64,000 nt of DNA from the human T2T-CHM13v2.0 reference genome, Homo sapiens. A program made the translations under genes and the position numbers. This document shows positions 1 to 12,655 of this stretch, one piece after another. Under the pieces are notes generated by a model, which saw only the letters and a list, made by a program, of their open reading frames with translations, was not told the origin of the DNA and searched no databases. The first letter of the stretch is position 1, and every line of letters begins with the position of its first letter. Location: assembly GCA_009914755.4 (NCBI GenBank), contig CP068257.2, forward strand, positions 28,416,001 to 28,480,000. Direction: 5' to 3'.

Positions 1-520
1 GAGACAAGATAAGGGTAATCACCCCAGCACCTGGACCCATTTAGATTAAGTACATTTATTGAGGCTCCGGAGGAAGGTCTTCAGGACTCAGATCTCAGTT
101 ATACATGGAAAGAAGTGAATCGCTTATGTCTTTAGATGAATGCACATTTACACATAGGCATATAGCTTAGAAGGTATATGAGCTCTGGAAAACATTGTAA
201 TTTTGAGTTGGTCTGGCGATATTTTCCAGGCCTTCTCTCTGTACCAGGTTACCGAAATAAAAACTCTCTTCTGCGGTTCATCTGCATCTCGTTATTGGGC
301 CGTGAGAATAAGCAGCCCAACCCTCAGTTTGGTCTGGGAACAAGAGGACCGTGGAAGGTGTGGCTATGTCATAATCATCTGGGGACACATAAAAATACAG
401 ATGCCTGGACCCTATGCCACATGCTCCAATTAGCAGATCTTGATAAAGCTCTATTTTTCAAAAGAAAACATTTCCTAGAAGACTCTGATAGCAAACTAGG
501 TCTGAGGACTAAATAAAGTG
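1..520 (+). other. Possible ERV LTR-like fragment (R/U5-like with AATAAA near 258), truncated by the window edge
   Basis: The segment aataaaaactctcttctgcggttcatctgcatctcgttattgggccgtgag resembles a retroviral R-U5 region. It has more CpG than the surrounding sequence. The 112-aa ORF here (178..516) has no recognisable protein character. Confidence 0.2.
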
Positions 521-1724
521 ATATTTTCTCCATTTCACAGCTGGCAAATGAGATAATAGCTAACCTGTCTATAATTATAATGATGTTAATTAACCCTTGA
601 AAATGCGGGATGGGAATAGAGGAGGATTAGTATTAATATAAATTCACATCTGGTATCCTCCATGCCTTTGAAATCTACCATCATAGCGCATGGTCTCGAT
701 GGAGAAAAGATTATACTATCAGAAGGGTAGTATTTTTTTTTCTTTTTAGAAATTGAATAATGTGAATAGAATGCAATATATTTTAGATACTCTAAGTTCA
801 TGTTCTCATTATATGCCCATATCGCCCCTGAGAGGTAAGCAGTGTTATGTTTTCATAGTTAAGAAACTAAAGGGAAGGAATATTAAGTCAATAGCACAAG
901 GTCATTATGCCAAGGAGCAGGAGAATTAGAATAAAAACACAGGCCTCTCTACCATCAGTCTCATACTTGTGACCTGAGATCCTTGCAAGCTGCAAGATAT
1001 GGGTAAGCCATAATTGTAGAAAATCTTAATCAATTTTTTGAAACTTTGGAAATTGTCCTTGTGTGCTATTTTTGACACTTCATGGTGTAATCTTTAGAAA
1101 TCGTTCACATGTTGGCATAAATCTGAACATAAAATGATTAAAGAGAAATATATTCAGAGCTATCTCAACTTATCTGTGGTGGTGGTGACAATATTAGAGA
1201 TGTTTCACAGGGATCATGTGGTGGCTGGATATCTTCATCCCCCCACTACAAAAGTCACGTATCTCTGCATTATTGAAGCATGGAAAAGATCAGTGTAGCA
1301 GAGAGTGGTCACAGTCATAAAGCAGGACATTTAAAACTAGACCATTCTCATGTCAACATGAGAATGCATTTTGAAGCATATACTGAAAGCATTTTGAAGC
1401 ATATACTCAGAGAGCAATCCTCTGTATAAATCAGGTAAAAGAGTCTTGGTACCCAGAGCTCTTTTAACATTACCATGCATGTGGATTAATAATGTTTTGC
1501 AAATCTAAGTAAGAATCAAGGTTGTCTTGGGACACAGAAATGGAATCCATGGGCCAGATGTTCATCTAGTGAATAGCTCTCATAGTTCTTTGATTTGAGG
1601 TGAGAGGACAAAAAGAAGCTTTATTAATTAAGTGAGAGCTGCATAGAACAACAACCAACCAAAAGCAAAATCTTATTTTCCTTTTACTATCCCAGACGGC
1701 TTCCATCCTAAACGTAACTCAAAG

Positions 1725-1955
1725 TGGTATAATTTAGTGGACTTTGGAGCCAAAATGCTTGGCTTTGAGTCCCTGCTCTGCCCCTTCCTAACTGTGTGAC
1801 CTGGAAAAATGACCTAGCCTCAGCTTCTGTATTCATAAAATGCAAATGAAGCAGTAGGCCGAATTTGGCTGTTGTAAGAATAGAATGAGTTAATATCTTG
1901 TAACATTCTGAGAATAGTGCCTGGCTCGCAGTAAGTAGCATTTGAATATTAGACA
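1725..1955 (+). mobile_element. MIR SINE (mammalian-wide interspersed repeat)
   Basis: Matches the MIR core: gagtccctgctctgcc...ctaactgtgtgacctgg...cctcagcttctgtattcataaaatg...ataatagtgcctggctcgcagtaagtagcatttgaatattag. These correspond to the MIR consensus motifs gctctgccacttactagctgtgtgaccttgggcaagt...cctcagtttcctcatctgtaaaatg...agcacagtgcctggcacatagtaagcgctcaataaatg. Confidence 0.6.
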
Positions 1956-3661
1956 TGATGAGTGTAAACTATGTGAAGATCCTAGGCGCTGTGGAGTACA
2001 TAAAGATTGTCCCTACCCCAAGGGATATTTAGAATTTTTAAAAAATAACTGATATTCTCTCTCTAGCATCTATATCATGATTTACAAAGCTGAAAGTCAC
2101 TTTCTTTTTGGAAATGAGTGTTTAGAAAATAATAATATAGTGAGCATGAGCATTTGGTGGCAAAAGAGTTCAATATCCTGTTATCTGGCTATCTGCTGTG
2201 GTTTAAAAAAAAAGCAGGGAGATGGGAAAGGATGGGGGCAGACTCAGAATCATGTTTTGGAAAAGCTCTGAGTCCTACCAAGTTGCCAAGAAAATAATTT
2301 AGCACAGAAGTGAATTATTCAACCCTGATGTATTATTGGTCCTTGTTGTCAGGGCTAATGCAATGTTTCTATCTAATTTGTTTAGCACAGGCATTTTTGC
2401 CTTAATGCATGCCTGCCCTGTAGACTAGTGTAACAGTCATCTCCCCCACAAACAGCCTGAAAAGAATTTAAGTGAATTTTACATTGACCTCTTCCTAGTG
2501 GCCTTGTAAAGTCTCAAGAGTCTTACTGGAGAATAGAAATACAGATAGTTGTCCACTTCCATGGACTTGTGGAGAGCAATTACCTACTGCCTTTGGAAAT
2601 ATCTTTTAATATTAAATGTTTTCTCAAAATCAGTATTGTTATTAGAAATCCCAGAAATACTTCCCTAAACTATTATGACTTACAGCCACTTCATTATAAA
2701 AATCATGACCCTCTAATATGTACTGACCAGACAACATCCTTCCCCATATCTAAGACACAAAGATCTCCGCTATAGAGTTCATCAATGTATGGGGGATGAC
2801 CTGCAAAAACAGGGGAAAATGGTAACTTTAAAAGTTATTTAAAATTAACCAGCATTGTTATTAAGTATAAAGCACCATGCTCTGATGTTTTACATATGAT
2901 GGTGAATAATGAATAATACTGTAATCTAAGTTTTAAGAAGTTTAACCTAGTTTGTGAATTTAGATATCCAAAGTTTAGATTTTTCACAATAGAAATGTTA
3001 AATCAGTGGCATTCAAATATTTTTCTTCCTTAGAACTATTTCTCAAATAAGATCTTCAGAGAAAGCCTAATAAGTAAAAGAGATACATTTACAGTGGTTC
3101 TGATTGGAGCAGTAGGGGGTGAAACTCTGTCTGATTTCCACCTGCCAACATCCTTCATTTGAAAAACCTCCAAAAAGCACAGTTTGAAAACCACTGATTT
3201 CATTAACAATTCAAGACATCACAGAAGAAATGCTGTGATACTCTAGAGAATTTCAGAAAACACTGCAGATTGCCTTCCTAGCATCCTCTCTGCCATCTTC
3301 CACCTTTCTAACAGTGCCTGGTCTTCAGGTCCTTCCTCCTCCAGGTGGTCATGGGTCTCAGGAGAGGCTGCTTTGTCTCCAGAACAGATAAGTGAGTCCT
3401 GATTGGACTAAACCATAGATTCTCAAACTCTTTGTCCTAAGACTCCTTGCCACTCACAAAAACTGAGGACTCCCCAAACAGCTTTTAGATTATATCTAAT
3501 ATTTAACATATTTGAAACGAAAACAGAAATGTTGAAAATATTCATTAAACATTTAATAACAAAAATAAGGCCATTATTACATTAACATAAATAACATTTT
3601 ATAAAAACTGACATATTTTCCAAAACAAATACAATTAGTTTAAAAAGTGGCATTGTTTTCT

Positions 3662-4493
3662 CTTCCTTTTAATTTTCATTTTAAGTTCAGTAGTACTTGC
3701 TCAGGTTTGTTAGGCAAACTTGTGTCATGGGTGTGTGTTATACAGATTATTTCATAACCCAGGTATTAAGCCTAGTACCCGTTAGTTATTTTTCCAGATC
3801 CTCTCTCTCTAACTACCTTCCACCCTTCAATAGAACCCAGTGGGTATTGTTTCCTCTATGTGTCCATGTGTTCTCATCATTAAGCTCCCACTTATAAGTG
3901 AGAACATGTGGTATTTGGTTTTTTGGTTTCTGTGTTAGTTTGCTGAGGATAATGGCCTCTAGTTCCTTCCATGTCTCTGCAAAGGATGTGACCTCATTCT
4001 TATTTATGGCTACATAGTATTCCATGTTGTACATGTACCACATTTTCTTTAGCCAGTCTATTATTGATGAGCATTTAATTCCACATCTTTACTATTGTAA
4101 ATAGTGTTGTGATGAATAGACATGAGCATGTGTCTTTATAACAGAATGATTTATATTCCCTTGGGTATATACCCAGCAATGGGATCACTGAGTTGAATGG
4201 TATTTCTGTTGTTAGGTCTTTGATGAATCACCACAGTGACTTCCACAATGGTTGAACTAATTTACACTCCCACCAACAGTGTAGTAGTGTTCCTTTTTCT
4301 TTACAACCTCACTAGCATCTGTTATTTTTTGACTTTTCAATAACGGCCATTGTGACTGGTGTGAGAGGGTGTCTCATTGTGGTTTTGATTTGCATTTCTC
4401 TAACGATCAGTGATGTTGAGCTGTTTTTTTCACGTTTGTTGGTCACACGCATGTCTTCTTTTGAAAAGTGTCTGTTCATGTGCTTTGCCCACT
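3662..4493 (-). mobile_element. LINE-1 3' end fragment (ORF2 C-terminus plus 3'UTR), antisense, flanked by a ~20-bp TSD
   Basis: Contains the antisense L1 hallmark ctcccacttataagtgagaacatgtggtatttggtttt...ccacaatggttgaactaatttacactcccaccaacagtg...ggtgtctcattgtggttttgatttgcatttctctaa...gaaaagtgtctgttcatgtgctttgcccac. The minus-strand ORF 3813..4043 translates to L1 ORF2 C-terminal residues (…MEYY.AI...F..TW.ELE.IILSKL.Q..K...). A TSD aaaaagtggcattgttttct sits at 3642..3661 and 4495..4514. Confidence 0.8.
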
Positions 4494-4711
4494 AAAAAAG
4501 TGGCATTGTTTTCTATTTTTGCAAATCTCTTTAGTGGCAGCCTTAATAGAGGATAGCTAGATTCTTGTATCTACCTTGCATTCAATCTGCTGTATTGTGT
4601 AGTTTGGGTTGAAGAATATGAAAAGAAACCCCTCAACTGTGGCCTATACAGTTATGTTATTGGAAAGGGAGAAACAGTTCAATAGCTTTTTAATATAATT
4701 ATAGTATTCTT

Positions 4712-5010
4712 GGCCAGGTAAGTGGCTTACGCCTGTAATCCTGTAATCCCAGCACTTTGAGAGGCCAAGGTGGGGGATTACGAGGTCAGGAGTTCGAGAC
4801 CAGCCTGACCAACATAGTGAAACCCCGTCTCTACCAAAAATACAAAAATTTGCCAGGCATGGTGGTGGGCACCTATACGCCCAGCTACTTGGGAGGCTGA
4901 GACAGGGAAATGGCATGAACCCTGGAGGTGGAGGTTGCAGTGAGCTAAGTCGCGCCACTGCACTCTAGCCTGGGTGACAGAGCGAGACTCAATCTCAAAA
5001 AAAAAAAAAA
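4712..5010 (+). mobile_element. Alu SINE (full length, poly-A tail) with a 15-bp TSD
   Basis: ggccaggtaagtggcttacgcctgtaatcc...cagcactttgagaggccaaggtggg...gagttcgagaccagcctgaccaacatagtgaaaccccgtctctaccaaaaatacaaaaatt...gcactctagcctgggtgacagagcgagactcaatctcaaaaaaaa. A TSD aattatagtattctt sits at 4697..4711 and 5011..5025. Confidence 0.95.
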
Positions 5011-6914
5011 AATTATAGTATTCTTATCTGACAGAACACCAAAATTTAACCAGTGACCATTTCCTAACAATAGTGTTGTGAAAGCCACAAACATCTCGAT
5101 GAACATTTCAGTCTTGGTTACATTAAAATCTCTTGCACTGTATTGGATATTTTACCTGTTCATAATTTTATAACAATAGGCATTCATCATTTGGAAAATA
5201 CTGGCTCAATGAGTGACATAGATCTTCCAAATGTTGACATATTTCATTTACAATGTGAAAAGAAATCACATTCATTAATGTCATCATCAATCTCATCAGA
5301 AAAGTCTGTTAGTATTGGGAAGCTGTCCAGCTCATGGTGGCAGAAGAAAAGCTTTCCCAAATTCAAATTTTTACTTGAAAGCTCATATTTTATCATTGTC
5401 AAAAATAATGTCAGTTGTTTTCCTCAAAGTCATGGGCTCAATTCGTTCATTTGTGAGAAAATATGTGCCAAATACTTAAGTTTGAATCACATAATTTGTC
5501 CATCAGTTTTTCATTCAAGGAAAAATAATGGTCTAGGAAAATAGTAGATGATTCAGCTTCTAACTGAAAGAATTGCAGAAGGGCTTTCCTAAACAGAATC
5601 ACCATTCCTGGGTGTGCAACAGAAGTGTTTTGTTATACATTTTCTATTTTTTCACATAAAATAATAAAAAGACAGAATCAAGGGACAAAGTTTAATAAAT
5701 TAATAATTTTTAGTGCTTTATCAGGTCTTTTCTAGTAAAGCAACCTTTTAAATTATTTGCCTAATTTAATTAAAAAAAACACGTGGTAGTGAAGAACACA
5801 GTGACTGCTTATGCAATTTGGTGTCGTTTTATTGGTGTGAAGCATTTTACTCACCATTGCCTTTTCACTATCGCTGGAAATCTCAACAAAGCAAAAAGGG
5901 CAAATAACATCATGGGATTATTAGAATAATAGTTTTCATTTTGCCAAGACCCCGAATGGTTTTGAGGACACCCAGGTATCTGCAGACCCCACACTGTGAA
6001 CTTCTGGTGTAAGGTAATTGTGAATATCCCATTCATAGGCCAGTCAGTAAATGGTGTAAGATTCAACTCTGGCCAGTGAGATATAAAGGACATATGCTAT
6101 GAATTTTCTGGGAAAGATGGCCTTGCTCATAGAAAGACATTGGCTGAGGTAGACTTCTTCTTTTGGATTTGTCCATTACCTGTACCTTGAACTGTGGCAG
6201 CCACCCTCTACATAGATAAACTAGTCTGTGATGAAGTCACCATGAAGAGAATGGCATGTTTGTATTTATTTTTAGTTAGGTCTTTTCCCAGGCCCAGTAT
6301 CTGTGATTTGCTGTACATAACAGCTGGGGCTCTATTGTTTCTTGAGAGAAGCAATTTCAAAAAGCTTAAGATGCAGCAAGAAACTTGATCCTTGATGGTG
6401 TATGAAGCCACTGAAATAAATAACCTCAGGGCCATTATAACTTAAATTGTTTTGCTTTGGGATTTAGTAAATTTCCTTTTTGGTTTTCTTATTGCTTATA
6501 ATCAAAACCATCCCATCTGGTACTGAGGGATACATTCTTATTTTCCATTTGGCTGCAGCCACATTATTAGGGAAGAAAAGCTAGTCTACTAACTACCAAA
6601 GGAAAAATCTCAGGGTTTATATAAACTTTAAAATCAATATCATGTAAGAAAAGAAATAAATGATGATAGCTACAATATTTTGAACTTTTTTATTTTTAAT
6701 TTTTGTGGGTACATAGTAGGTATATATACTTATGGGATACCTGAGATGCAATGTGGAATAATCACATTATGGAGAATGGGATATCCATCTTGCTTAGCAT
6801 TTATCCTTTGTGTTACAAGAAATCCAATATATTTTGAACTTTAAAATGGAGCTTGTTTGAGCAGATGGCTCCATCTAACAATACCCAGCTGACTAGAGAC
6901 TCCTTGGAGGGCAC

Positions 6915-7295
6915 TGCATTAGTCCATTCTCACACTGCTAATAAAAACATACCTGAGACTGGGTAATTTATAAAGGAAAAAGGTTTAATTGACTTACAGT
7001 TCAGCATGGCAGGGGAGGCCTCAGGAAACTTACAATCATGGTGGAAGGGGAAGCAAACACATCCTTCTTCACATGGTGGCAGCAAGGAGAAGTGCAGAGT
7101 GAAGGCTGGGGGAGGGAGAAGCCCCTTATAAAACCATCAGATCTTGTGAGAACTTGCTCCCTCTCACAAGAACAGCATGGAGGTAACTGCCCTCATGATT
7201 CAATTACCTTCCTCCAGGGCCCTCCCACCACTCGTGGGAATTACGGGAACTACAATTCAAGATAAGATTTGAGTGGAGACATAGCCAAACCATGT
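6915..7295 (-). mobile_element. THE1/MST-type MaLR solo LTR (antisense)
   Basis: + strand reads tgcattagtccattctcacactgctaataaaaacatacctgagactgggtaatttataaaggaaaaaggtttaattgacttacagttc...cccttataaaaccatcagatcttgtgaga...gcatggaggtaactgccctcatgattcaattacc...gggaattacgggaactacaattcaagataagatttgagtggagacatagccaaaccat. This is the reverse complement of the THE1/MST LTR consensus (tgatatggtttggctgtgtcc...atctcatcttgaattgtagctcccataattccc...). Confidence 0.7.
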
Positions 7296-7795
7296 TAAGC
7301 ACCATGTTGTGTCCAGTGAAAAAATTAATTATGCCACAAGAAAAATCAGACCAAAAAGGAAAAAAATACGAAGTTTAATTAATCTAAGTCATAGTTATTA
7401 AGGTTCTCCCCTTCTTGAACATATTAAACAATTTTCTATGAAGCAGTTTTCTTATAAAGTAAGTGCAGTCACTTCATGTGGTATTTTGTTGTTGTTGTTG
7501 TTGTTAACCACAGATTAAAACTGGAAGAGGCCATGTGACATTTGATTTCCAGTCAAACTGTGAAAGAAAACAAATATGTGAATGCTAAAATGTGTTTTGG
7601 GTGAAAATATCATTTGAGCAAAAATATTGTAGATTGTAACTTCCAACATGTCTGTCATTATTCATTAATTTATTCCAAATTTTCTAATACCTGGGAAGCA
7701 AAGTAATATCTTGAATTATAAAATAGGCAAAACGAATGACATTTAGAATCATCACTTTAGTATATTGATCCCATCCCTCATGAAAAGAAAAAGTG

Positions 7796-8086
7796 GGCCA
7801 GGCTGGTGGCTCACGCCTGTAATCCCAGCACTTTTGGGAGGCCGAGGCAGGCGAATCACGAGGTCAGGAGTTCAAGACCAGCATGGCCAACATGGTGAAA
7901 CCCCATCTCTACTAAAAATACAAAAATTAGCCGGGCTTGATAGGGGGCGCCTGTAATCCCAGCTACTAAGAGGCTGAGGGAGGAGAATCGCTTGAACTCC
8001 GGAGGCGGAGGTTGCGGTGAGCTGAGATCACGCCACTGCACTCCAGCCTGAGTGACAAAGGAAGATCTTATCACCAAAAAAAAAAA
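7796..8086 (+). mobile_element. Alu SINE (full length, poly-A)
   Basis: gggccaggctggtggctcacgcctgtaatcccagcacttttgggaggccgaggcaggcgaatcacgaggtcaggagttcaagaccagc...gcactccagcctgagtgacaaaggaagatcttatcaccaaaaaaaaaaa. Confidence 0.95.
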
Positions 8087-8116
8087 TTGTCTCTTGTCCC
8101 CCCTAACCACTGCTTA

Positions 8117-8464
<348 letters not shown>

Positions 8465-8789
8465 GAAAAGGAAAAGTATTCAGCAAACCATACCATTGAG
8501 TTGATGAGCTTCCTTCTTTTATGTTTTCTAGAAGCCAAATTACTGTTTGAAAATAATCGTAACATTCAACTTTGTTATTAAAACATGGCTCATTAAATGT
8601 CGTTGCCAATCACCTAGAGAGATAATATCTGAATCACCTTTGAAAATACTTTGTAACTACAGGGTTCTAAAAAAATTTCATTTTTTGTTGCCCATATATT
8701 TTTTTAACTGTATTATATTGAATAGGCATATTCCATGAGAATAACTACAAAATTATGGAATTACACTTTTAAAACCTAAGAATACATAT

Positions 8790-9165
8790 TTTATTTATTT
8801 ATTTATTGTTAGTTTAGGTTTGGAGGTACTTGTGAAAGTTTGTTACATAGGTAAATGTGTGTCATGGGGGTTTGTTGTACAGATTATTTCATCACCCAGG
8901 TATTAAGCCCAGTACTCAAGAGGCCTCTTTTCTGCTCCTCTCCTTCCTCCCACCCTCCCTCTCAAGTGCACCCCAGTTTCCTTGTTTGTGTTCGTAAGTT
9001 CTTATCATTTGGCTCCTACTCATAAGTGAGAACATGTGGTATCTGGTTTCCTGTTCCTGTGTTGACTTGCTAAGGATAATGACCTCCAGCTCCATTCACA
9101 TTCCTGCAGAAGCCATGATCTTGTTTTTTTTTAATGGCTGCATAGTAAAGAATACATTTTTAATT
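8790..9165 (-). mobile_element. LINE-1 3' end fragment (older L1P/L1M-type), antisense, with a (TTTA)n-type tail at the left end
   Basis: ttttatttatttatttatt...gtgtgtcatgggggtttgttgtacagattatttcatcacccaggtattaagcccagtactc...ctcataagtgagaacatgtggtatctggtttcctgttcctgtgttgacttgctaaggataatgacctccagctccattcacattcctgcagaagccatgatcttg...aatggctgcatagta. This is the same L1 antisense 3'-end motif set seen at 3662..4493. Confidence 0.7.
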
Positions 9166-10426
9166 CAGTATGTTTGAAAAAATTAGTTATTCCTGTACTT
9201 AATATATATATATATACTAAGACTAATGCCTTCTAAGCTTAATACTATATTTCTTCTTATGTATAATTATACATTTTTTGTTTTATTATTTTTTTCATCT
9301 ATAAAATGAGTGAATTGTTCCAGCTTAATAATCTTTTGTACTTCACTAGTAAGCTAGTTGAAAGCTAATTTTCATTCCCAGATACGGATTTTCCTACAAA
9401 AATCTAACAAATTAGTCTGTATTAAGATAAAATTAGGTGATCAAAGTGTGAGAGTGTTATCTACACAAGACATCTGATGAGCACAGCCACATGTAATTCT
9501 TCATATTAGCCTAATCCTTTCTAGGGAGATTAACCAGTACTTAGAAAGTGTTAAGCTCCAAACTCACCTCTTAATGTTCTGAAAGCAAGAGAAGTAAGCT
9601 AAAATTTATACAGAATTTACCACGTGTAAGGAGCTCTTCATAGTCTACCTAATTGATTCCCCAGAATTACCCTAGAAGGATAGTGTAGTTTCTGACAGAA
9701 ACTGTTTGATGTAGGCCACAGTAAAGGTCACCGAAGAAAAAAAGTCTGATGCTTTAAGTATAGAAGAGTAAAATAATTTTGAAAATAGCCAGGATGGGGG
9801 AACTGAAGGATCACAGAGGCTCAGCAGAGACTGCTCTGTCTTCTGGTCCACCAAAATTGTCCTGTTTACTTCTGTTTTGTCCTTAAAATAATCTGTTTTA
9901 TAAGATAACATTCTTTTAATGTCCTCAACGTTAAAACAAAACATCTCCTCCGCCCCCCAAAAAGTTCTTTTTATTTTTTATTTTGATCAGAGAAAAGCCC
10001 CAAATGACATTAATAACCCACGAATAATCGTTCTCCATGGCTAGAACATGTTAAAAGCCTTTGATCCTCTTTCAAAGGAACAAAACACAATCCCACTAAA
10101 AGTGTCATGTGGCTGTTTTGCTCTTGCATACAGCAAGGAAATGAACCTCAGTGTTGTGCAAGCAAGTTTTGCCTGAAATTAATTTTGAGCTTAACTATCT
10201 ATTTAGGCTGTAACAGAAATGGGTCTGGAGTAAACAAGGAAAAGCCACTTGAATTACATCTCGGCCTCTGAAGATTCTAATTTGCTTGGTTGCAAGTCTC
10301 ATCCCTCCTTTCCGGGAGATGATAGCTGCAATGCTGCACACAGGGCAAATGGAGATCTAGAACGAGTTGACAGCGCTATTTGAAAACTCACTTCTTATAT
10401 TTAATTCCTGGTTTTTGTTCTATTTT

Positions 10427-10736
<310 letters not shown>

Positions 10737-11912
10737 TTTTTGTTCTATTTTCAAAATGAGGTCACTTCTTCAAAAAGAGTCTAAAAGTAACAGCTGTCAT
10801 GTTATACAAACTTTCTTTTTATCTTCCTTCCTTTTTACTTTGACATCTTCCCCTCTTCATGCCAGTGTGGTTCTCTATTAATTCTGCCAATCATTAACCT
10901 AGTCTCTCAGCTCTTCTTCACAGTATTGGCACAGTTTATCTTTCAATCATGTCAATGAACAAATATATTTCACTACAGGAAGATGTTTGGCTATTTCAAT
11001 GTGGTAATGAAAGCAAATGCAACGTGGCTCCTCCTTTATTCCAGCCTTGCCAGTGAGTATGGTTCCTCTGCCACACAGTCTTCATGGGAGGGCTACTCTT
11101 CACCTACTGTTGTTGAATAAACCCTGTGTTCTCTCACTTCTAAGCCAGAAGGCCTTTTTTGTATATCTACCTGTCCTGCAAAGATCAATTCAAATTCTGC
11201 CTCTGCCGAGAAACTTCATCCCAACCAACCCAAGGGCGCATGAATCTCTCTTTCCCATAATAATATGCTACTTTGTTTATCTCTCTGATTTAGTATTTAT
11301 CACAGTCTTCCTTGAGACTGAGTTATTTATGAGAGCTTCTCTCTTGGTGAAGTATAAGAGGTCAAGGACCATGTATAATTTATACAGTCAAACCCCCAAA
11401 TGCTCAGCATAATCCTCTGCACATAGTATCCACAAACAAGTGTGTGTTGAAACAAACTGCATTGAATTTAGAATACTTTTAAATTTGAATTACTCTTACA
11501 TTCAACCTCAAGAACAAGGTAAATAATTTAAAAAGCTAAATATACTTTTGACTTCTTTTGTAGTAATTTTGGATATCACATTCTCAAAATCGCTTGTCAA
11601 AGCGTTAGGGTCAAAATAAATTTTGGGACCTCACTCTTTCTCATCTAGCTAGTTTCATTTGTTCATTTGTTCTTCTAGCTAGTTTCCATCCACTCTAATG
11701 AAAGGGGGTAGAATCTTATTTTTCCCCAAATTTTCCTCAGATGGCTCATTTATTAATAACTCAATATTCTAAGTGCGGCCTGTGAAGCAACAGCAACAAC
11801 ACCACCTAGGAACTTGTTAGAAATGCAAAATCTTAGGCCAAATCAAGACCTACTGAACCAGAATCTACATTTTATCAAGATACCCAGGTGGCTTTCATAT
11901 GTAAGTTTGAAG

Positions 11913-12254
11913 GCCGGGTGCGGTGGTTCATGCTTGTAATCCCAGCACTTTGGGAGGCCAAGGCAAGTGAACCACCTGAGTTCGGGAGTTCAAGACCAGC
12001 CTGACCAACATGAAGAAACCCCGACTCTACTAAAAATACAAAATTAGCTGGGCGTGGTGGCACATGCCTGTAATCCCAGCTATTCAGGAGGCTGAGTCAG
12101 GAGAATCACTTGAACCCGGGAGGTGGAGGTTGTGGTGAGGCTAGATTGAGCCACTGCACTCCAGCCTGGGGAACGAGAGTGAAACTCTGTCTCAAAAATA
12201 AAAATAAAATAAAATAAAATAAAATAAAATAAAATAAAATAAAATAAAATAAAA
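11913..12254 (+). mobile_element. Alu SINE (full length) with an (AAAAT)n microsatellite tail
   Basis: ggccgggtgcggtggttcatgcttgtaatcccagcactttgggaggccaaggcaagtgaaccacctgagttcgggagttcaagaccagcctgaccaacatgaagaaaccccgactctactaaaaatacaaaattagctgggcgtggtggcacatgcctgtaatcccagctattcaggaggctgagtcaggagaatcacttgaacccgggaggtggaggttgtggtgagg...ctcaaaaataaaaataaaataaaat... Confidence 0.95.
12196..12254. repeat. (AAAAT)n microsatellite, about 11 units, derived from an Alu tail
   Basis: aaaataaaaataaaataaaataaaataaaataaaataaaataaaataaaataaaataaaaag. Confidence 0.9.
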
Positions 12255-12514
12255 AGAGGTTTGAGAAGCACTGCTATCATATCATGTATGTATTTCCTAA
12301 GGCACCCCTCCACCCCCTCCCCACCCAACGCCAATCATGTGTGCCACACACACACAATTGCCTGAAGCAATTGCTGGTTTCTAGAAAATTAAGAGTTAGT
12401 AAACAATTCTGATTTTGGTTTTAATTAGAAGAGCTACACTTGGGTGGGGACTGGAGGATGCCTTCTTTATTCAATCTTATTCTCTTACTTTTGTGTTTTG
12501 ACTATTTTTATCAT

Positions 12515-12655
12515 TTTAAAAGCTCAGTACAAGGTTAAGTAAAACATTATTTTCTATCTGTGAAACAAGAATAACTAGATATTTAAAGCTATACATTTAG
12601 GCTTTCTGTTCTTCAAGGGTTATTTCTTCTTTTCTAGGCTTCATGCTTATGATTT
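12515..12655. repeat. Copy 1 of a ~140-bp local duplication (partner at 14849..14990)
   Basis: ctcagtacaaggttaagtaaaacattattttctatctgtgaaacaagaataactagatatttaaagctatacatttaggctttctgttcttcaagggttatttcttcttttctaggcttcatgcttatgatt is about 93% identical to the stretch at 14849..14990. Confidence 0.85.

Noticed and set aside
178-516. 112-aa + strand ORF at the window start
   Set aside because: No protein-like composition. It sits in a possible LTR-like fragment and overlaps a second ORF (203..433) in another frame.
4644-4963. ORFs of 60-104 aa overlapping Alu elements (also 7856..8110, 8361..8609, 10380..10568, 11875..12334, 21606..21806, 55392..55668, 55916..56131, 56207..56419)
   Set aside because: These are Alu read-through translations. 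The same Alu-derived peptides, such as ...[15 protein letters not shown] and ...[19 protein letters not shown]..., recur at every Alu copy.
5900-6100. Possible hAT/Charlie-type DNA transposon remnant (ccccgaatggttttgaggacacccaggtatctgcagaccccacactgtgaacttctgg)
   Set aside because: It rests on a motif recollection only. No terminal inverted repeats or TSD could be identified.
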